A stretch of 64,000 bases of DNA from Patescibacteria group bacterium (lineage in GTDB: Bacteria; Patescibacteriota; Patescibacteriia; UBA9934), in NCBI GenBank assembly GCA_038064675.1, contig JBBTSM010000003.1:102663-166662 (forward strand), in the 5' to 3' direction. Of the stretch, positions 53,292 to 63,042 are shown piece by piece. The translations under genes and the position numbers were made by a program. Within the stretch, counting starts at the first letter, position 1. Each line of letters begins with the position of its first letter. The notes under the pieces were generated by a model that saw only the letters and a program-made list of their open reading frames with translations, did no database searches and was not told the origin of the DNA.

Positions 53292-53963
53292 ATGTCTGCG
53301 ATCATCGAGCTCAAGGATCTTACGAAGACGTACCAGAATGGCGACGTGGAGACGCTCGTGCTTCGTGGACTCAATCTCACCATCGAGTCTGGCGAATTTG
53401 TAGCGCTCATGGGCCCGTCGGGTTCAGGAAAGTCCACGCTCATGCACATCTTGAGTTTTCTTGATCGCCCAACAAGCGGTGCGTACATCTATCGTGATCG
53501 CGACGTTACCGCACTCACCAACGACGAACGCGCAACGTTGCGATTGTCCGACATCGGTTTCGTGTTTCAGGCATTTCATCTTCTACCAAAGCTTACGGTT
53601 CTTGAAAACGTGATGCTCCCCCTTGTATACGCAGGCCTGCCTGCCGCCGACCGAAAACACCAAGCAGCAGAAGCGCTTAATCGTGTTGGGCTGAACGAGC
53701 GTCTCGATTATCTTCCGAATCAACTTTCCGGCGGACAGAAGCAACGCGTCGCCATTGCTCGCGCGCTCATCAACAATCCTTCCGTCATCTTTGCAGACGA
53801 GCCAACAGGAAACCTCGACTCTGTTTCAAGTGAGCAAGTTCTGAACATTCTTGCCGATCTGCATAACGAAGGCCGAACGATTGTGATGGTGACGCACGAA
53901 ACGGAAGCTGCGAGTTTTGCCAAACGCGTCATTCGGATGAAAGACGGTGTCGTCATTGGATAA
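53292..53963 (+). CDS. ABC transporter ATP-binding protein (MacB/LolD-like)
   Basis: GPSGSGKST, LSGGQKQRVAIARAL, ADEPTGNLD. Confidence 0.95.
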   Translation: MSAIIELKDLTKTYQNGDVETLVLRGLNLTIESGEFVALMGPSGSGKSTLMHILSFLDRPTSGAYIYRDRDVTALTNDERATLRLSDIGFVFQAFHLLPKLTVLENVMLPLVYAGLPAADRKHQAAEALNRVGLNERLDYLPNQLSGGQKQRVAIARALINNPSVIFADEPTGNLDSVSSEQVLNILADLHNEGRTIVMVTHETEAASFAKRVIRMKDGVVIG

Positions 53964-53966
53964 TCT

Positions 53967-55193
53967 ATGCGCCTACCCGATCTCTTCCTCACGTCGTCCG
54001 AATCACTTCGTCGCAATACTTCGCGATCGCTTTTGACGATTCTTGGCATCATCATTGGTATTGCCGCAGTCATCGTGATGCTTTCTATTGGCCAAGGCGC
54101 GCAAGGATACGTGCTCAATCAAGTGGCGAATCTTGGTTCCGACGTGTTGTTTGTAGAAGCAGGGAGCGGTGGCGGTGGCCCGCCTTCGCCATTTACGCAG
54201 CAAACTATTCTTTTAAACGATGCTACGGCACTGGCGAAACACGGACCATTTTCCGTAGTGTCTTCCATCGTCGTCACGAATGCTCCTGTTACCGCGCAAG
54301 AGAACAGCACGTTCACCGATATTGCCGGAAGCGATGAATACCAACTCGACATCTTCCCCGCCGAACTCGCATCGGGACGGTTCATCGATCACGAAGACGT
54401 ATCATCACACGCTCGCGTTGCGGTACTTGGATGGGATATCGCAAAAGATCTTTTTGGCGATCAAGACCCAATCGGCGAACGCGTAACCATTAAAAATCTT
54501 CCTGCACGAGTCATCGGCGTTGTCACCCCACAAGGGAGCAAGTTTTTCTCAAATCTCGACACCCGTATCTATATTCCAGTAACAACCGCGCAACGTGAGC
54601 TCCTCAACGTGGATTATGTTTCATACATTTCGATGAAAGCAATCGGCGATGTCGAAATCGCGAAAGACGAAGCGCGAGCGATTCTTCGCGACACCCATGC
54701 CCTCGATAATCCAAATAGCGATCTTGCAAAAGATGACTTCTCCGTGTCTTCACAGAGCGACGCAGTAAATACGATCGCAGGTGTGGGATTCGCGCTCACG
54801 CTTCTTCTTGCGTCAATCGCAGCAATCTCGCTCGTGGTTGGCGGTATCGGTATTATGAATATGATGCTGGTGTCGGTGACCGAACGCACGCGTGAAATCG
54901 GATTGCGAAAAGCCATCGGCGGAACAGAGCGAGACATCCTCGGACAATTCCTCCTTGAGGCCGTCATTCTCACGCTCGGCGGCGGCGTACTCGGCGTTAC
55001 CATCGGCGTCATCGTCTCCTTCCTCGCGTCACTCCTCTTAAAGGCCTTCGTCGACGGCTGGGTATTCGTTATTCCCCCATCCGCAATTGCCGCGTCATTC
55101 ATCGTCGCCACCGTCGTCGGCATCGCCTTCGGCTATTACCCAGCAAAACGCGCCGCGAAGCTCGATCCGATTGAAGCGCTGCGATACGAGTAA
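53967..55193 (+). CDS. ABC transporter permease (MacB/FtsX-like)
   Basis: RSLLTILGIIIGIAAV; VGGIGIMNMMLVSVTERTREIGLRKAIG; LDPIEALRYE. Confidence 0.95.
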   Translation: MRLPDLFLTSSESLRRNTSRSLLTILGIIIGIAAVIVMLSIGQGAQGYVLNQVANLGSDVLFVEAGSGGGGPPSPFTQQTILLNDATALAKHGPFSVVSSIVVTNAPVTAQENSTFTDIAGSDEYQLDIFPAELASGRFIDHEDVSSHARVAVLGWDIAKDLFGDQDPIGERVTIKNLPARVIGVVTPQGSKFFSNLDTRIYIPVTTAQRELLNVDYVSYISMKAIGDVEIAKDEARAILRDTHALDNPNSDLAKDDFSVSSQSDAVNTIAGVGFALTLLLASIAAISLVVGGIGIMNMMLVSVTERTREIGLRKAIGGTERDILGQFLLEAVILTLGGGVLGVTIGVIVSFLASLLLKAFVDGWVFVIPPSAIAASFIVATVVGIAFGYYPAKRAAKLDPIEALRYE

Positions 55194-55235
55194 AAACGCC
55201 AAGGTCGGCGTACACTGTTGGCATCGCATTCGCCT

Positions 55236-56360
55236 ATGTTTGCCACCCGCCTTTTCCGATGGTCGTATCAACACATTCTGAAACCGATTGCATTTCGGCT
55301 CGATCCTGAAGATGTTCACGACGCCATGATTCGTGTCGCGAGCTACGCACAGCGATCCACATCGATGAAAAAAATGTTCTACCGTTGTTTCGAATTTTCG
55401 CATCCTACACTTGAACAAACCATTCACGGCATCCACTTTACTAATCCAATTGGCCTCAGTGCTGGGTTCGATAAAAATGCAGAGATTATTAATGCCATTG
55501 CTTCCACGGGATTCGGATTCACTGAAGTGGGATCAATCACCGGTGAACCATGCGCGGGGAATCCAAAGCCACGATTGTGGCGACTCCCAAAATCTCAAGC
55601 GATTATGGTGTGGTACGGACTCAAGAACGACGGCTGCGTCGCGATTGCGCATCGGCTTCGCGGACAACAATTCCCCATTCCCGTCGGAACAAGCGTTGCC
55701 AGAACGAACGACAAAACTACCGTGGAACTTGGTGCGGGAATTGCCGACTACGCCAAAGCATTTCGCGAGCTCGCAGACATCGGATCGTACACCACGATAA
55801 ACATCAGCTGCCCAAATACTTGCGGAGGCGAACCGTTTACGTCTCCAGAACGGCTCGAACTCCTCCTCAACTCAATCGACACCATTCCAACCTTGAAGCC
55901 GATCTTTCTCAAACTTCCCGCTGATCTCACCTTCTCAGATGCCGACGCGCTCATCGCTGTCGCTCGAAACCATCGTGTCCATGGATTCATCGTCTCAAAC
56001 CTCACCAAGCAACGGCAATCTCCAGATATCGATCACTCGGAGCTCTCGGAAGCAATGCGCGGAGGCATCAGTGGAAAACCCACATTCGATCGCTCAAACG
56101 CGCTCATTGCACACATCTTCCAAGCCGCCGGAGATCGATTCACGATTATTGGGGTTGGGGGCGTCTTCTCTGCTGCAGATGCGTATGAAAAAATCCGTTG
56201 CGGCGCAAGCCTCGTCCAGCTCATTACTGGCCTTATCTTTGAAGGTCCTCAGCTCGTCGGTGAAATCAACCGAGGCCTTGTAATGCTTCTGAAAAATGAC
56301 GGGTTCGCGAACATCCATGAAGCCGTAGGTTCTCGCCTAAATAAACGATCTTTTCGCTAA
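55236..56360 (+). CDS. pyrD: Dihydroorotate dehydrogenase, class 2-type scaffold
   Basis: DPEDVH, NPIGLSAGFDKNA, GNPKPRLWRL, NISCPN, GGISG, GASLVQ. Confidence 0.9.
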   Translation: MFATRLFRWSYQHILKPIAFRLDPEDVHDAMIRVASYAQRSTSMKKMFYRCFEFSHPTLEQTIHGIHFTNPIGLSAGFDKNAEIINAIASTGFGFTEVGSITGEPCAGNPKPRLWRLPKSQAIMVWYGLKNDGCVAIAHRLRGQQFPIPVGTSVARTNDKTTVELGAGIADYAKAFRELADIGSYTTINISCPNTCGGEPFTSPERLELLLNSIDTIPTLKPIFLKLPADLTFSDADALIAVARNHRVHGFIVSNLTKQRQSPDIDHSELSEAMRGGISGKPTFDRSNALIAHIFQAAGDRFTIIGVGGVFSAADAYEKIRCGASLVQLITGLIFEGPQLVGEINRGLVMLLKNDGFANIHEAVGSRLNKRSFR

Positions 56361-56373
56361 GATTGGTGAAGAA

Positions 56374-56402
56374 TTGACAGTAATCCTGTATTCCCGTACA
56401 CT
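56374..56402 (+). promoter_or_regulatory. Sigma70 promoter of rpmG
   Basis: TTGACA-17 nt-TACACT. Confidence 0.65.
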
Positions 56403-56425
56403 TTCGCTAACATTTTTATTGCCGT

Positions 56426-56581
56426 ATGTCCCAAGACAACCTGATCAAATTGGAGTGCACAGTCTGTAAATCCTTGAACTACCGTTCTTCAAAGAACAAG
56501 AAGATTCTCAAGGATCGCCTGGAACTGAAAAAGTTCTGCGAAAAGTGCCGAAAGCACCAGATGCACAAAGAAACGAAGTAG
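56426..56581 (+). CDS. rpmG: 50S ribosomal protein L33 (Zn-binding C+ type)
   Basis: Hand-translated [51 protein letters not shown]; absent from the ORF track. Confidence 0.95.
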   Translation: MSQDNLIKLECTVCKSLNYRSSKNKKILKDRLELKKFCEKCRKHQMHKETK

Positions 56582-56671
56582 CCCCAGCTACTTCGTTCTT
56601 TTTTTGCGACTTTCCAACAATTATGGAACAATCCCTCCGCTGATCGTCCATTCGATCGAGCAAGGATTTTC

Positions 56672-57181
56672 TTGAACATCATCGCCTTCAATCAGAATGC
56701 TCAGCGTGGAGCCGAGGCCACTCTCACCGTCGTCCTTCGCCTCCTCGTGGAGGCCGGAATCACCAACCGCACCGGTGGATTCCTGTGTGTTGGACGCACG
56801 GGAGACAGCGGGTTCTCCTATCCACTCCACCGGAAAATCGGCGAAGTGCCGAACGAGGAAAAATCGTCCCGCTGCGAACAGCTCTCGAAAGAGAAGGTCG
56901 ATCGACTCCGCCGCAGCCGCTCCGATGTCCTCAGTTGGCAGTCACGGTGCGACGAGCGAGGGGAATTCCAGGGCGGCGTTCGATCGGAGTCCGATGGCGG
57001 CGACTACTGGTACGCGGGCTTCTCCGGGCTGCCCGCCGAGGCCGACGAGTGTTTCTGCCTCATCTTCCTCATCCGCATGCGGATGCTCACCTTCGAGGCC
57101 GCTGTGGAGCGGGCGAAGATCAGCAACAACACCACGTTCTTCCGCGCCACGGTCGCGGACCTCCTCCCCCTCACGGCCTGA
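56672..57181 (+). CDS. Hypothetical protein, divergent GlcG/HbpS-like paralog C
   Basis: TTG start after AAGGA; LSKEKVDRL..SWQSR..FQGGVR..GFSGLPAEADE..AKISNN. Confidence 0.6.
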   Translation: MNIIAFNQNAQRGAEATLTVVLRLLVEAGITNRTGGFLCVGRTGDSGFSYPLHRKIGEVPNEEKSSRCEQLSKEKVDRLRRSRSDVLSWQSRCDERGEFQGGVRSESDGGDYWYAGFSGLPAEADECFCLIFLIRMRMLTFEAAVERAKISNNTTFFRATVADLLPLTA

Positions 57182-57396
57182 ACAGCCGCACACTCACGCA
57201 ACGCCCCGCAGAGAACGAAGCGCCCTGCTCGTTCATCGAGTGGGGCGTTTCCGATTTCAAAAATTCCGCCCTGCAAACGTAAACAATCTTTACAAAAGCC
57301 AAGAAATTGGCTAAGGTTCGCAATGCTAAACGGCAATCCTGCCCAAGGCACCAATCTCCAAATAATCGTTCATGAACGAACGATTGGGAGTGCGAC

Positions 57397-58362
57397 ATGT
57401 GTAAGAAAGTAAAAGACGAAGAGGAAGAAGTAGACATCAACGCCCTCCTCGATTCGTTCATGGAAGATCCGGAGATCACCATCGCGATGCTCAACGAAGA
57501 GCAGGCTGTCCTTCTCCTGGAAGCCATCCTGTCGGACGTCCCCGAGGACACCGATTGGATGCATCTCCTGCGGATGGCCAACGGACTCGGCCGCGCGGAG
57601 AGCGTCGAGCGGTTCCGTAGCATCATCCACGCAGCAAACAACGAACTGCGTCGAAGCGAACTGCTGCGGGCATTCGTGGACTACACCATCAACGATGAAG
57701 GCGTTCAACTCCTCCGGTTCGAGGACGCCATCGCCGCAGGAGTGTTCGACGAACTGATCGTCCACCTCGACCGCAAGACCATCAAGAGCCTCACGAGGGG
57801 AACGCTCGCGCAACCTGTCGTGACCGCGTACTCCGCTGGCCGCATCCAGCGGTTCATCGAAGGCCGTGATCCGAAGCGTGCGTTCGACGAGCTCGTCTAC
57901 TCCGCGACCGCCATCGACGGCTGGCGTCCGCCGTTGTTCGAAAAGTGGGTGCAACGCGTGTGGCAAGCTCACCGCGACAAGGGCCTCGTGCTCGAGCTCA
58001 CGACCGATCCGATGGACTGGCGGAACAACGTGGAGCGCAAAATCACGCGGTTCGGTCGGGTTCGAACCAAGTCAAGGATCAAACACCCTGAAATCCGCTC
58101 CGAAGAAGAATTCGTTCCTCTCTACGAGCTGTGGGATCACTACAGGCGCCCGGCGACTGCCGAAGAACGGAAACTCGACTGGGGAATCGAGAAGACCCTG
58201 TACACGCTTCAGCAGCCGCGGATGTGCACCGCGCCCCCGATGGTCGACCCACCCGGCAACATGATCCGTGACATGGCGTGGCACTGGCACAACGAATCCA
58301 AGGAGCGCAAGCTCCGCGAGTTCTGCAGCCAGCACGGCATCCCGTACACCGATCCGGTCTAG
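57397..58362 (+). CDS. Hypothetical protein (GC-rich orphan)
   Basis: 321-aa ORF with GGAG Shine-Dalgarno and a GC-rich hairpin downstream. Confidence 0.65.
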   Translation: MCKKVKDEEEEVDINALLDSFMEDPEITIAMLNEEQAVLLLEAILSDVPEDTDWMHLLRMANGLGRAESVERFRSIIHAANNELRRSELLRAFVDYTINDEGVQLLRFEDAIAAGVFDELIVHLDRKTIKSLTRGTLAQPVVTAYSAGRIQRFIEGRDPKRAFDELVYSATAIDGWRPPLFEKWVQRVWQAHRDKGLVLELTTDPMDWRNNVERKITRFGRVRTKSRIKHPEIRSEEEFVPLYELWDHYRRPATAEERKLDWGIEKTLYTLQQPRMCTAPPMVDPPGNMIRDMAWHWHNESKERKLREFCSQHGIPYTDPV

Positions 58363-58455
58363 GATCGGCACGACGAACGAAGCGCCCCGGAACTCTTGCG
58401 AGATCCGGGGCGCGACGCGTTTATAAGGATTCGAGACGGCCCAGCGGGCGCGTCT

Positions 58456-59229
58456 CTACGGAATCAGTTTTTCTTCAAACTCCGTGATCTTTTGGTTATC
58501 GGGATTCACTTCGCGTAAGTGGTCGAGGGACTTCTTTGCCTCAGCGACCTCGCCGATCTCGAAGGCGGCGGTGATGAAGAAGTCGAGGTATTTCGGGTTG
58601 TTCGGGCTGATCGTCTTTGCCTTCTCGTAAAATCCGTATGCAGTTTTCATGTCGCCTTCGGCATCGAATACTTCACCGAGGGCCGCGAGAACGCTGGCGT
58701 CTTTCGGCGCAAGCTTTACGAGGAACTCGAGGGCCTCCTTCGCTTCCGCGTGCTGACCTTGCGACAAGTACATGCGGCCAAGCGTTTCGTATGCCTGAAC
58801 ATTCTTTGGGTCGTGGGAGAGTACTTCCACCAGCTCCTGTTCAGCAGCTTCGTACTTTCCGAGTGAGATAGACTTCTTCGCTTCGCCGGTCATGCGCTGC
58901 AACTCTGCAGTATCAATCTTTCCTGCTCGCTGACGCTCCACATATCGTCGTTCAAGCGCAGTGAGTTTTCCCGCAAGGCGTTGGAAACCCTCTTGAATCT
59001 TTTTCGCCACTGGAAGTATCGATGCCTTCCAAAAGTTCTTTCCCTTCTCTTCCACCTGTCGCATCATGCGCTCTTCAAGTAACGCATTCTTCTTCTCTCG
59101 CGTTCGTGCTTCTTTCGACGACATCGGATCAACAATAGAAAGTTGCGGAGCCTTCTGCTTCGCGATGACGACGATCGTGCCAAGCGAACCGAGAAACATC
59201 ACCCAGAGCAACCCATCAATAATCGTCAT
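58456..59229 (-). CDS. Membrane-anchored TPR protein
   Basis: N-terminal TM; TPR repeats DPKNVQAYETLG, APKDASVLAALG, SPNNPKY. Confidence 0.85.
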   Translation of the reverse strand: MTIIDGLLWVMFLGSLGTIVVIAKQKAPQLSIVDPMSSKEARTREKKNALLEERMMRQVEEKGKNFWKASILPVAKKIQEGFQRLAGKLTALERRYVERQRAGKIDTAELQRMTGEAKKSISLGKYEAAEQELVEVLSHDPKNVQAYETLGRMYLSQGQHAEAKEALEFLVKLAPKDASVLAALGEVFDAEGDMKTAYGFYEKAKTISPNNPKYLDFFITAAFEIGEVAEAKKSLDHLREVNPDNQKITEFEEKLIP

Positions 59230-59993
59230 ACGTTTTGCGCAATCATCACTTCCCTGCCTGCGCCGATAATTGCCTCAAACTCGTGAATCTTCACACTCGC
59301 ACCGCCAACCAACACGCCGTCGATTCCTGGCTCACGCAAGAAGCTGTACGCATTCGCACCGTCCACCGATCCACCATAGAGCACCTGCGCGGTTGCGCCG
59401 ATATTGATCTTCTTCAATGATTCACGAATCACATTATGCATTGCAATGGCGTCAGCTGGAGTTGCGCTCACCCCAGTACCAATCGCCCAAATCGGCTCAT
59501 ATGCCACAATCAATCGGGACGTTTTCGTCATCGTCACGCCACGAAGCGCAGCGCCGAGTTGTTGTGCAACGAACTCTTCCGCCTTTCCTGCAGTGCGAGT
59601 CTCTTTCGATTCACCAACACACAAAACCGGAACGAGCGATGTTTGAGCAATCAATTTCATCTTGGCATTCACCACGGCATCCGATTCTCCGTTCATTGCT
59701 CTACGCTCGGAATGACCGATAATCACGAATCCGCAACCAGCATCATCGAGTTGCGCGGCAGAGACGTCGCCGGTGAATGCGCCAAAGCGCTCAGTTCCCA
59801 TCGTCTGTGCCCCGAGAGCAACACGAGTACGAACAAGAACCTTGCGAACTTCCGATAACGCCGTGAACGAAGGGCAAATCACAATTTCTGGCAGAACCTC
59901 ATGTCCCATTACCGATCGCAACACTCCACGCGCGTGCGCGATGGACTCTCGAATACCGAGATGCATTTTCCAATTGCCGATAATGGTTTTCAT
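59226..59993 (-). CDS. tpiA: Triosephosphate isomerase
   Basis: GNWKM, IGHSERR, AYEPIWAIGTG, YGGSV, LVGGAS. Confidence 0.97.
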   Translation of the reverse strand: MKTIIGNWKMHLGIRESIAHARGVLRSVMGHEVLPEIVICPSFTALSEVRKVLVRTRVALGAQTMGTERFGAFTGDVSAAQLDDAGCGFVIIGHSERRAMNGESDAVVNAKMKLIAQTSLVPVLCVGESKETRTAGKAEEFVAQQLGAALRGVTMTKTSRLIVAYEPIWAIGTGVSATPADAIAMHNVIRESLKKINIGATAQVLYGGSVDGANAYSFLREPGIDGVLVGGASVKIHEFEAIIGAGREVMIAQNV

Positions 59994-60006
59994 ATTTTTT
60001 CATTCA

Positions 60007-60032
60007 GTCATCCCCGCGTAGGCGGGGATGAC
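60007..60032. repeat. REP-like hairpin
   Basis: GTCATCCCCGC-GTAG-GCGGGGATGAC, perfect 11-bp stem. Confidence 0.55.
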
Positions 60033-60045
60033 CAGAGCAAACGGG

Positions 60046-61317
60046 TCACGAAGGCAATAGTAACTTCAATTCATCTTCACTCTTGAACGGGCCAATCGCC
60101 GCAAGCGACATGCGATCGAATCGCAAATACTGCCGCGCAACACGAGCGATGTCTTCAAGCGTGACGGCATCGAACTTCTTCAAACGCTCAGCCGGTTCCT
60201 CGATCGTGCCCAAGAACAACGCCTGTCGGCCGTAAAACTCTGCGCGATCTGCAGAATCTTCAAGGCTCAGCGATAAGCCGCCGCGAACATTCTCCTTCAC
60301 CATCGCAAGTTCATCGGCAGCAACTCCATCGACGGCAACCTTACGAAGTTCGTCAGTGATCACTTTCATCGCCTCTTGCAATCGCGTTGCGTCGAGTCCG
60401 GCACGAACCGTAAACATACCAATGTCTTGATATCCCTCAACACCCGTTCGAACCGTGTAACAAAGGCCGCGTCGCTCACGAACTTCCACAAATAATCGCG
60501 AGCTCATTGTTCCACCAAGAATCGCGGAAAGAAGTTTCAAAGGAGCCTCATCAACGTGACCACGGCCAACCGTTGGGAATCCGAGAGAAAGTTGAATCTG
60601 TTCAAGATCCTTGTGCTGATATCGAATGCGGCCAATGTTTGTCTGGTTTCCGACGACGCCGAAGGTTGACCGTGCCGACCCTGAAGGAGCAACGGTACCG
60701 AATGTTTCTTCGAGTTGATCAAGAATGTCTGCTGGTAACTTTCCAGACGCAACAATCACCATGTTCTCTGGTCGGTAATGCGATCCGTGGTACGCGATGA
60801 CGTCGTCACGTTTCATCGTCTTTACCGACTCTGCAGTACCGGCGATGTTCTTTCCGAGAATGTGACCATCGAACATCGCTTCCTCAAGAAGATCCTCGAT
60901 GTGCATGATTGGGTTTTCCTCGTACATTTTGATCTCTTCCACGATAACGTTCTTTTCACGCTCCATTTCTTCCGCGTTGAAGACGGAATGGAAAATCATA
61001 TCGTTGAGCAAGTCGATTGCAACCGGAAGCTGCTCTCCAGCAATCTTTACCCAGTATCCCGTGAGATCCTTTCCGGTGTACGCGTTGTATTGCGCGCCGT
61101 AGCGATCGAGTTCTTTCGAGATATCGACGGTTTGTGGTCGGCGCGTGGTTCCTTTGAACATCAAGTGTTCCACAAAATGCGAGCCACCCCACACATTGTC
61201 CGTTTCGTTTCGTGAACCAACCTGAAACGCAACAAGAATCGCCGCAGCGTCTGTACCAGAAAATGGGGCGAGTACAACCTTCGCACCATTGTTGAGATTC
61301 GATTGCGTAAAGGACAT
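60046..61317 (-). CDS. M16 family (pitrilysin-like) zinc peptidase
   Basis: HFVEHLMFKGT (HxxEH), YNAYT, SSRLFVEVRERRGLCY. Confidence 0.93.
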   Translation of the reverse strand: MSFTQSNLNNGAKVVLAPFSGTDAAAILVAFQVGSRNETDNVWGGSHFVEHLMFKGTTRRPQTVDISKELDRYGAQYNAYTGKDLTGYWVKIAGEQLPVAIDLLNDMIFHSVFNAEEMEREKNVIVEEIKMYEENPIMHIEDLLEEAMFDGHILGKNIAGTAESVKTMKRDDVIAYHGSHYRPENMVIVASGKLPADILDQLEETFGTVAPSGSARSTFGVVGNQTNIGRIRYQHKDLEQIQLSLGFPTVGRGHVDEAPLKLLSAILGGTMSSRLFVEVRERRGLCYTVRTGVEGYQDIGMFTVRAGLDATRLQEAMKVITDELRKVAVDGVAADELAMVKENVRGGLSLSLEDSADRAEFYGRQALFLGTIEEPAERLKKFDAVTLEDIARVARQYLRFDRMSLAAIGPFKSEDELKLLLPS

Positions 61318-61332
61318 AGGCGGCAACATCAA

Positions 61333-61872
61333 TTAAATTGTCGTGATTTCTTTTTCTTTCTTGTCTCCCATCTCTTCAATCTTTGCGGTAAATTCTTTCA
61401 CAGTCTTTTCCAGCAGCTCTTCCAAACGACGCTTCTCGTCTTCCCCTCCCTCAACCTTACCCATAGCCTTTCGCGTTTCTTCACGAACGCGGCGGATTTG
61501 CACACGAGCATCTTCAAGTTTTTCTTTTGCAAGCTTCACCATCTTCAAACGAGTCTCTTCCGTCATCATTGGCATGATGAGACGGAGCGTTTTTCCATCA
61601 ACGACAGGATTGATCCCAACATCGCTCTTCACAATTGCGGTTTCGATGAGCTTCACCACACTCGCGTCCCATGGTTCGATGAGAATGGTTTTCGCATCAG
61701 GGGTCGTGATGGTTGCGAGCGCCTTGATCGGCTGCAATGCACCGTACGCCTCAACCTGAACGGGCTCGAGAATTGCCGCAGAAGCACGGCCAGTACGAAT
61801 TGCGCCAAGCTCGTTCACGAGGTGCTCAAGAACTTTAGCAAACTGCGGTTTGGTGTCGTCGATAATGGACAT
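61333..61872 (-). CDS. frr: Ribosome recycling factor
   Basis: IRTGRAS, IEPWD, MTEETR, ARVQIRRVR, KKEKEI. Confidence 0.96.
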   Translation of the reverse strand: MSIIDDTKPQFAKVLEHLVNELGAIRTGRASAAILEPVQVEAYGALQPIKALATITTPDAKTILIEPWDASVVKLIETAIVKSDVGINPVVDGKTLRLIMPMMTEETRLKMVKLAKEKLEDARVQIRRVREETRKAMGKVEGGEDEKRRLEELLEKTVKEFTAKIEEMGDKKEKEITTI

Positions 61873-61980
61873 AATTGTTTGAATGTTCACTGCCTATTCT
61901 AGACCAATCACCACGCACCGTCAACGCGGTACGTGGTGATATTTTGCGAACTTCTGCGAAGTTTCTGTGTGGATTCGCGT

Positions 61981-63042
61981 CTATTTCTTCGTCACCGTCG
62001 CCGAGCCGAGATAGACATGCGTGTTGTTGGCAGGATCTACGAGAAGCGCCATTGCTGCGCGCGTTGAAGGAAGCTCGCTCGTCGTCCATGCGCTGCCGCC
62101 GGATGTTGAGCGATTCACCGTGGAATCCGTTCCGTAGTAGATGATGTCGCCGTTATCTGGTGCGATTGCAACAGAGTAGATGCGTACTTCACCGCTTGCG
62201 GAGATCAACGACACGCCAGACCATGTCGCGCCCTTGTCCTTAGATACAAGCAATCCGTACTGCGTGTTCATAACAAGGACGGATCCATCGGCATTTTGCG
62301 CAAATCCGTACACGCGGTCCGACGACTTGTAGTCTTTCAACGTTTTTTCAAAGCTCACCCAGTTTGCGCCGCTGTCTTCCGTGCGCTGCAACCCACTGGT
62401 TTTTGTTCCGACGAACACGATTCTGCTGTCTGCGCCGCTAATGGCAAGCGCAGTCACCGATGAATCGGTTCGTGTAATCGTCGCCCAGCTTCCGCCGCCG
62501 TCCACGGATCGAATAACGTCACCAGCGGTGTTGCCGATCCAAACAATCGAAGGATCGTACCAATCAAGCGCCATCGCAGAGATGGTCGTCTTCGCCTGGC
62601 TTTCCACGTACACGCCAGCATCAAACGTTCGTCCGCAATCAACCGTCTTCATCACGCGGTCTTCCTTTGCTACGAAGTACGTACAGACGTCCTTGGAACT
62701 AACAGCGATGGCGACGATTGCGCCAGACGTTGCAAGATCTTCCTCCGGCCGTTGCCACGATGCGCCACTGTCCAAGGAATAGAACATGCCGTTCGCAACA
62801 GTTCCAGCATAAATCGCGGAGCTGTCTTGAGGATCGACAGCGAATGTTGTCACGTCAACATTCTCAAGTGAACTTGTTCCTGTTGCGGTTGGCACCACTG
62901 CAGTTTGTTCCCACGTCTTTGATGCGTCGGCAGACTGCCAAACGCCACCCGTGGTTACGGCAGTGCTCCCGCCACCAAAGCACCCCGCACCAGTTAATGT
63001 GAGCGCCGCAAATGCAGCACCAAAGCGAAAAAGTTTATTCAT
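61981..63042 (-). CDS. Lipoprotein with a BNR/Asp-box beta-propeller
   Basis: Lipobox LTGAGC; repeats SLDSGASW, SVDGGGSW, TEDSGANW, SKDKGATW. Confidence 0.85.
   Translation of the reverse strand: MNKLFRFGAAFAALTLTGAGCFGGGSTAVTTGGVWQSADASKTWEQTAVVPTATGTSSLENVDVTTFAVDPQDSSAIYAGTVANGMFYSLDSGASWQRPEEDLATSGAIVAIAVSSKDVCTYFVAKEDRVMKTVDCGRTFDAGVYVESQAKTTISAMALDWYDPSIVWIGNTAGDVIRSVDGGGSWATITRTDSSVTALAISGADSRIVFVGTKTSGLQRTEDSGANWVSFEKTLKDYKSSDRVYGFAQNADGSVLVMNTQYGLLVSKDKGATWSGVSLISASGEVRIYSVAIAPDNGDIIYYGTDSTVNRSTSGGSAWTTSELPSTRAAMALLVDPANNTHVYLGSATVTKK

Noticed and set aside
61908-61945. Hairpin containing GTAC as another copy of the 120-bp element
   Set aside because: It is short and lacks the CTCAACG core and arms; more likely an ordinary terminator.
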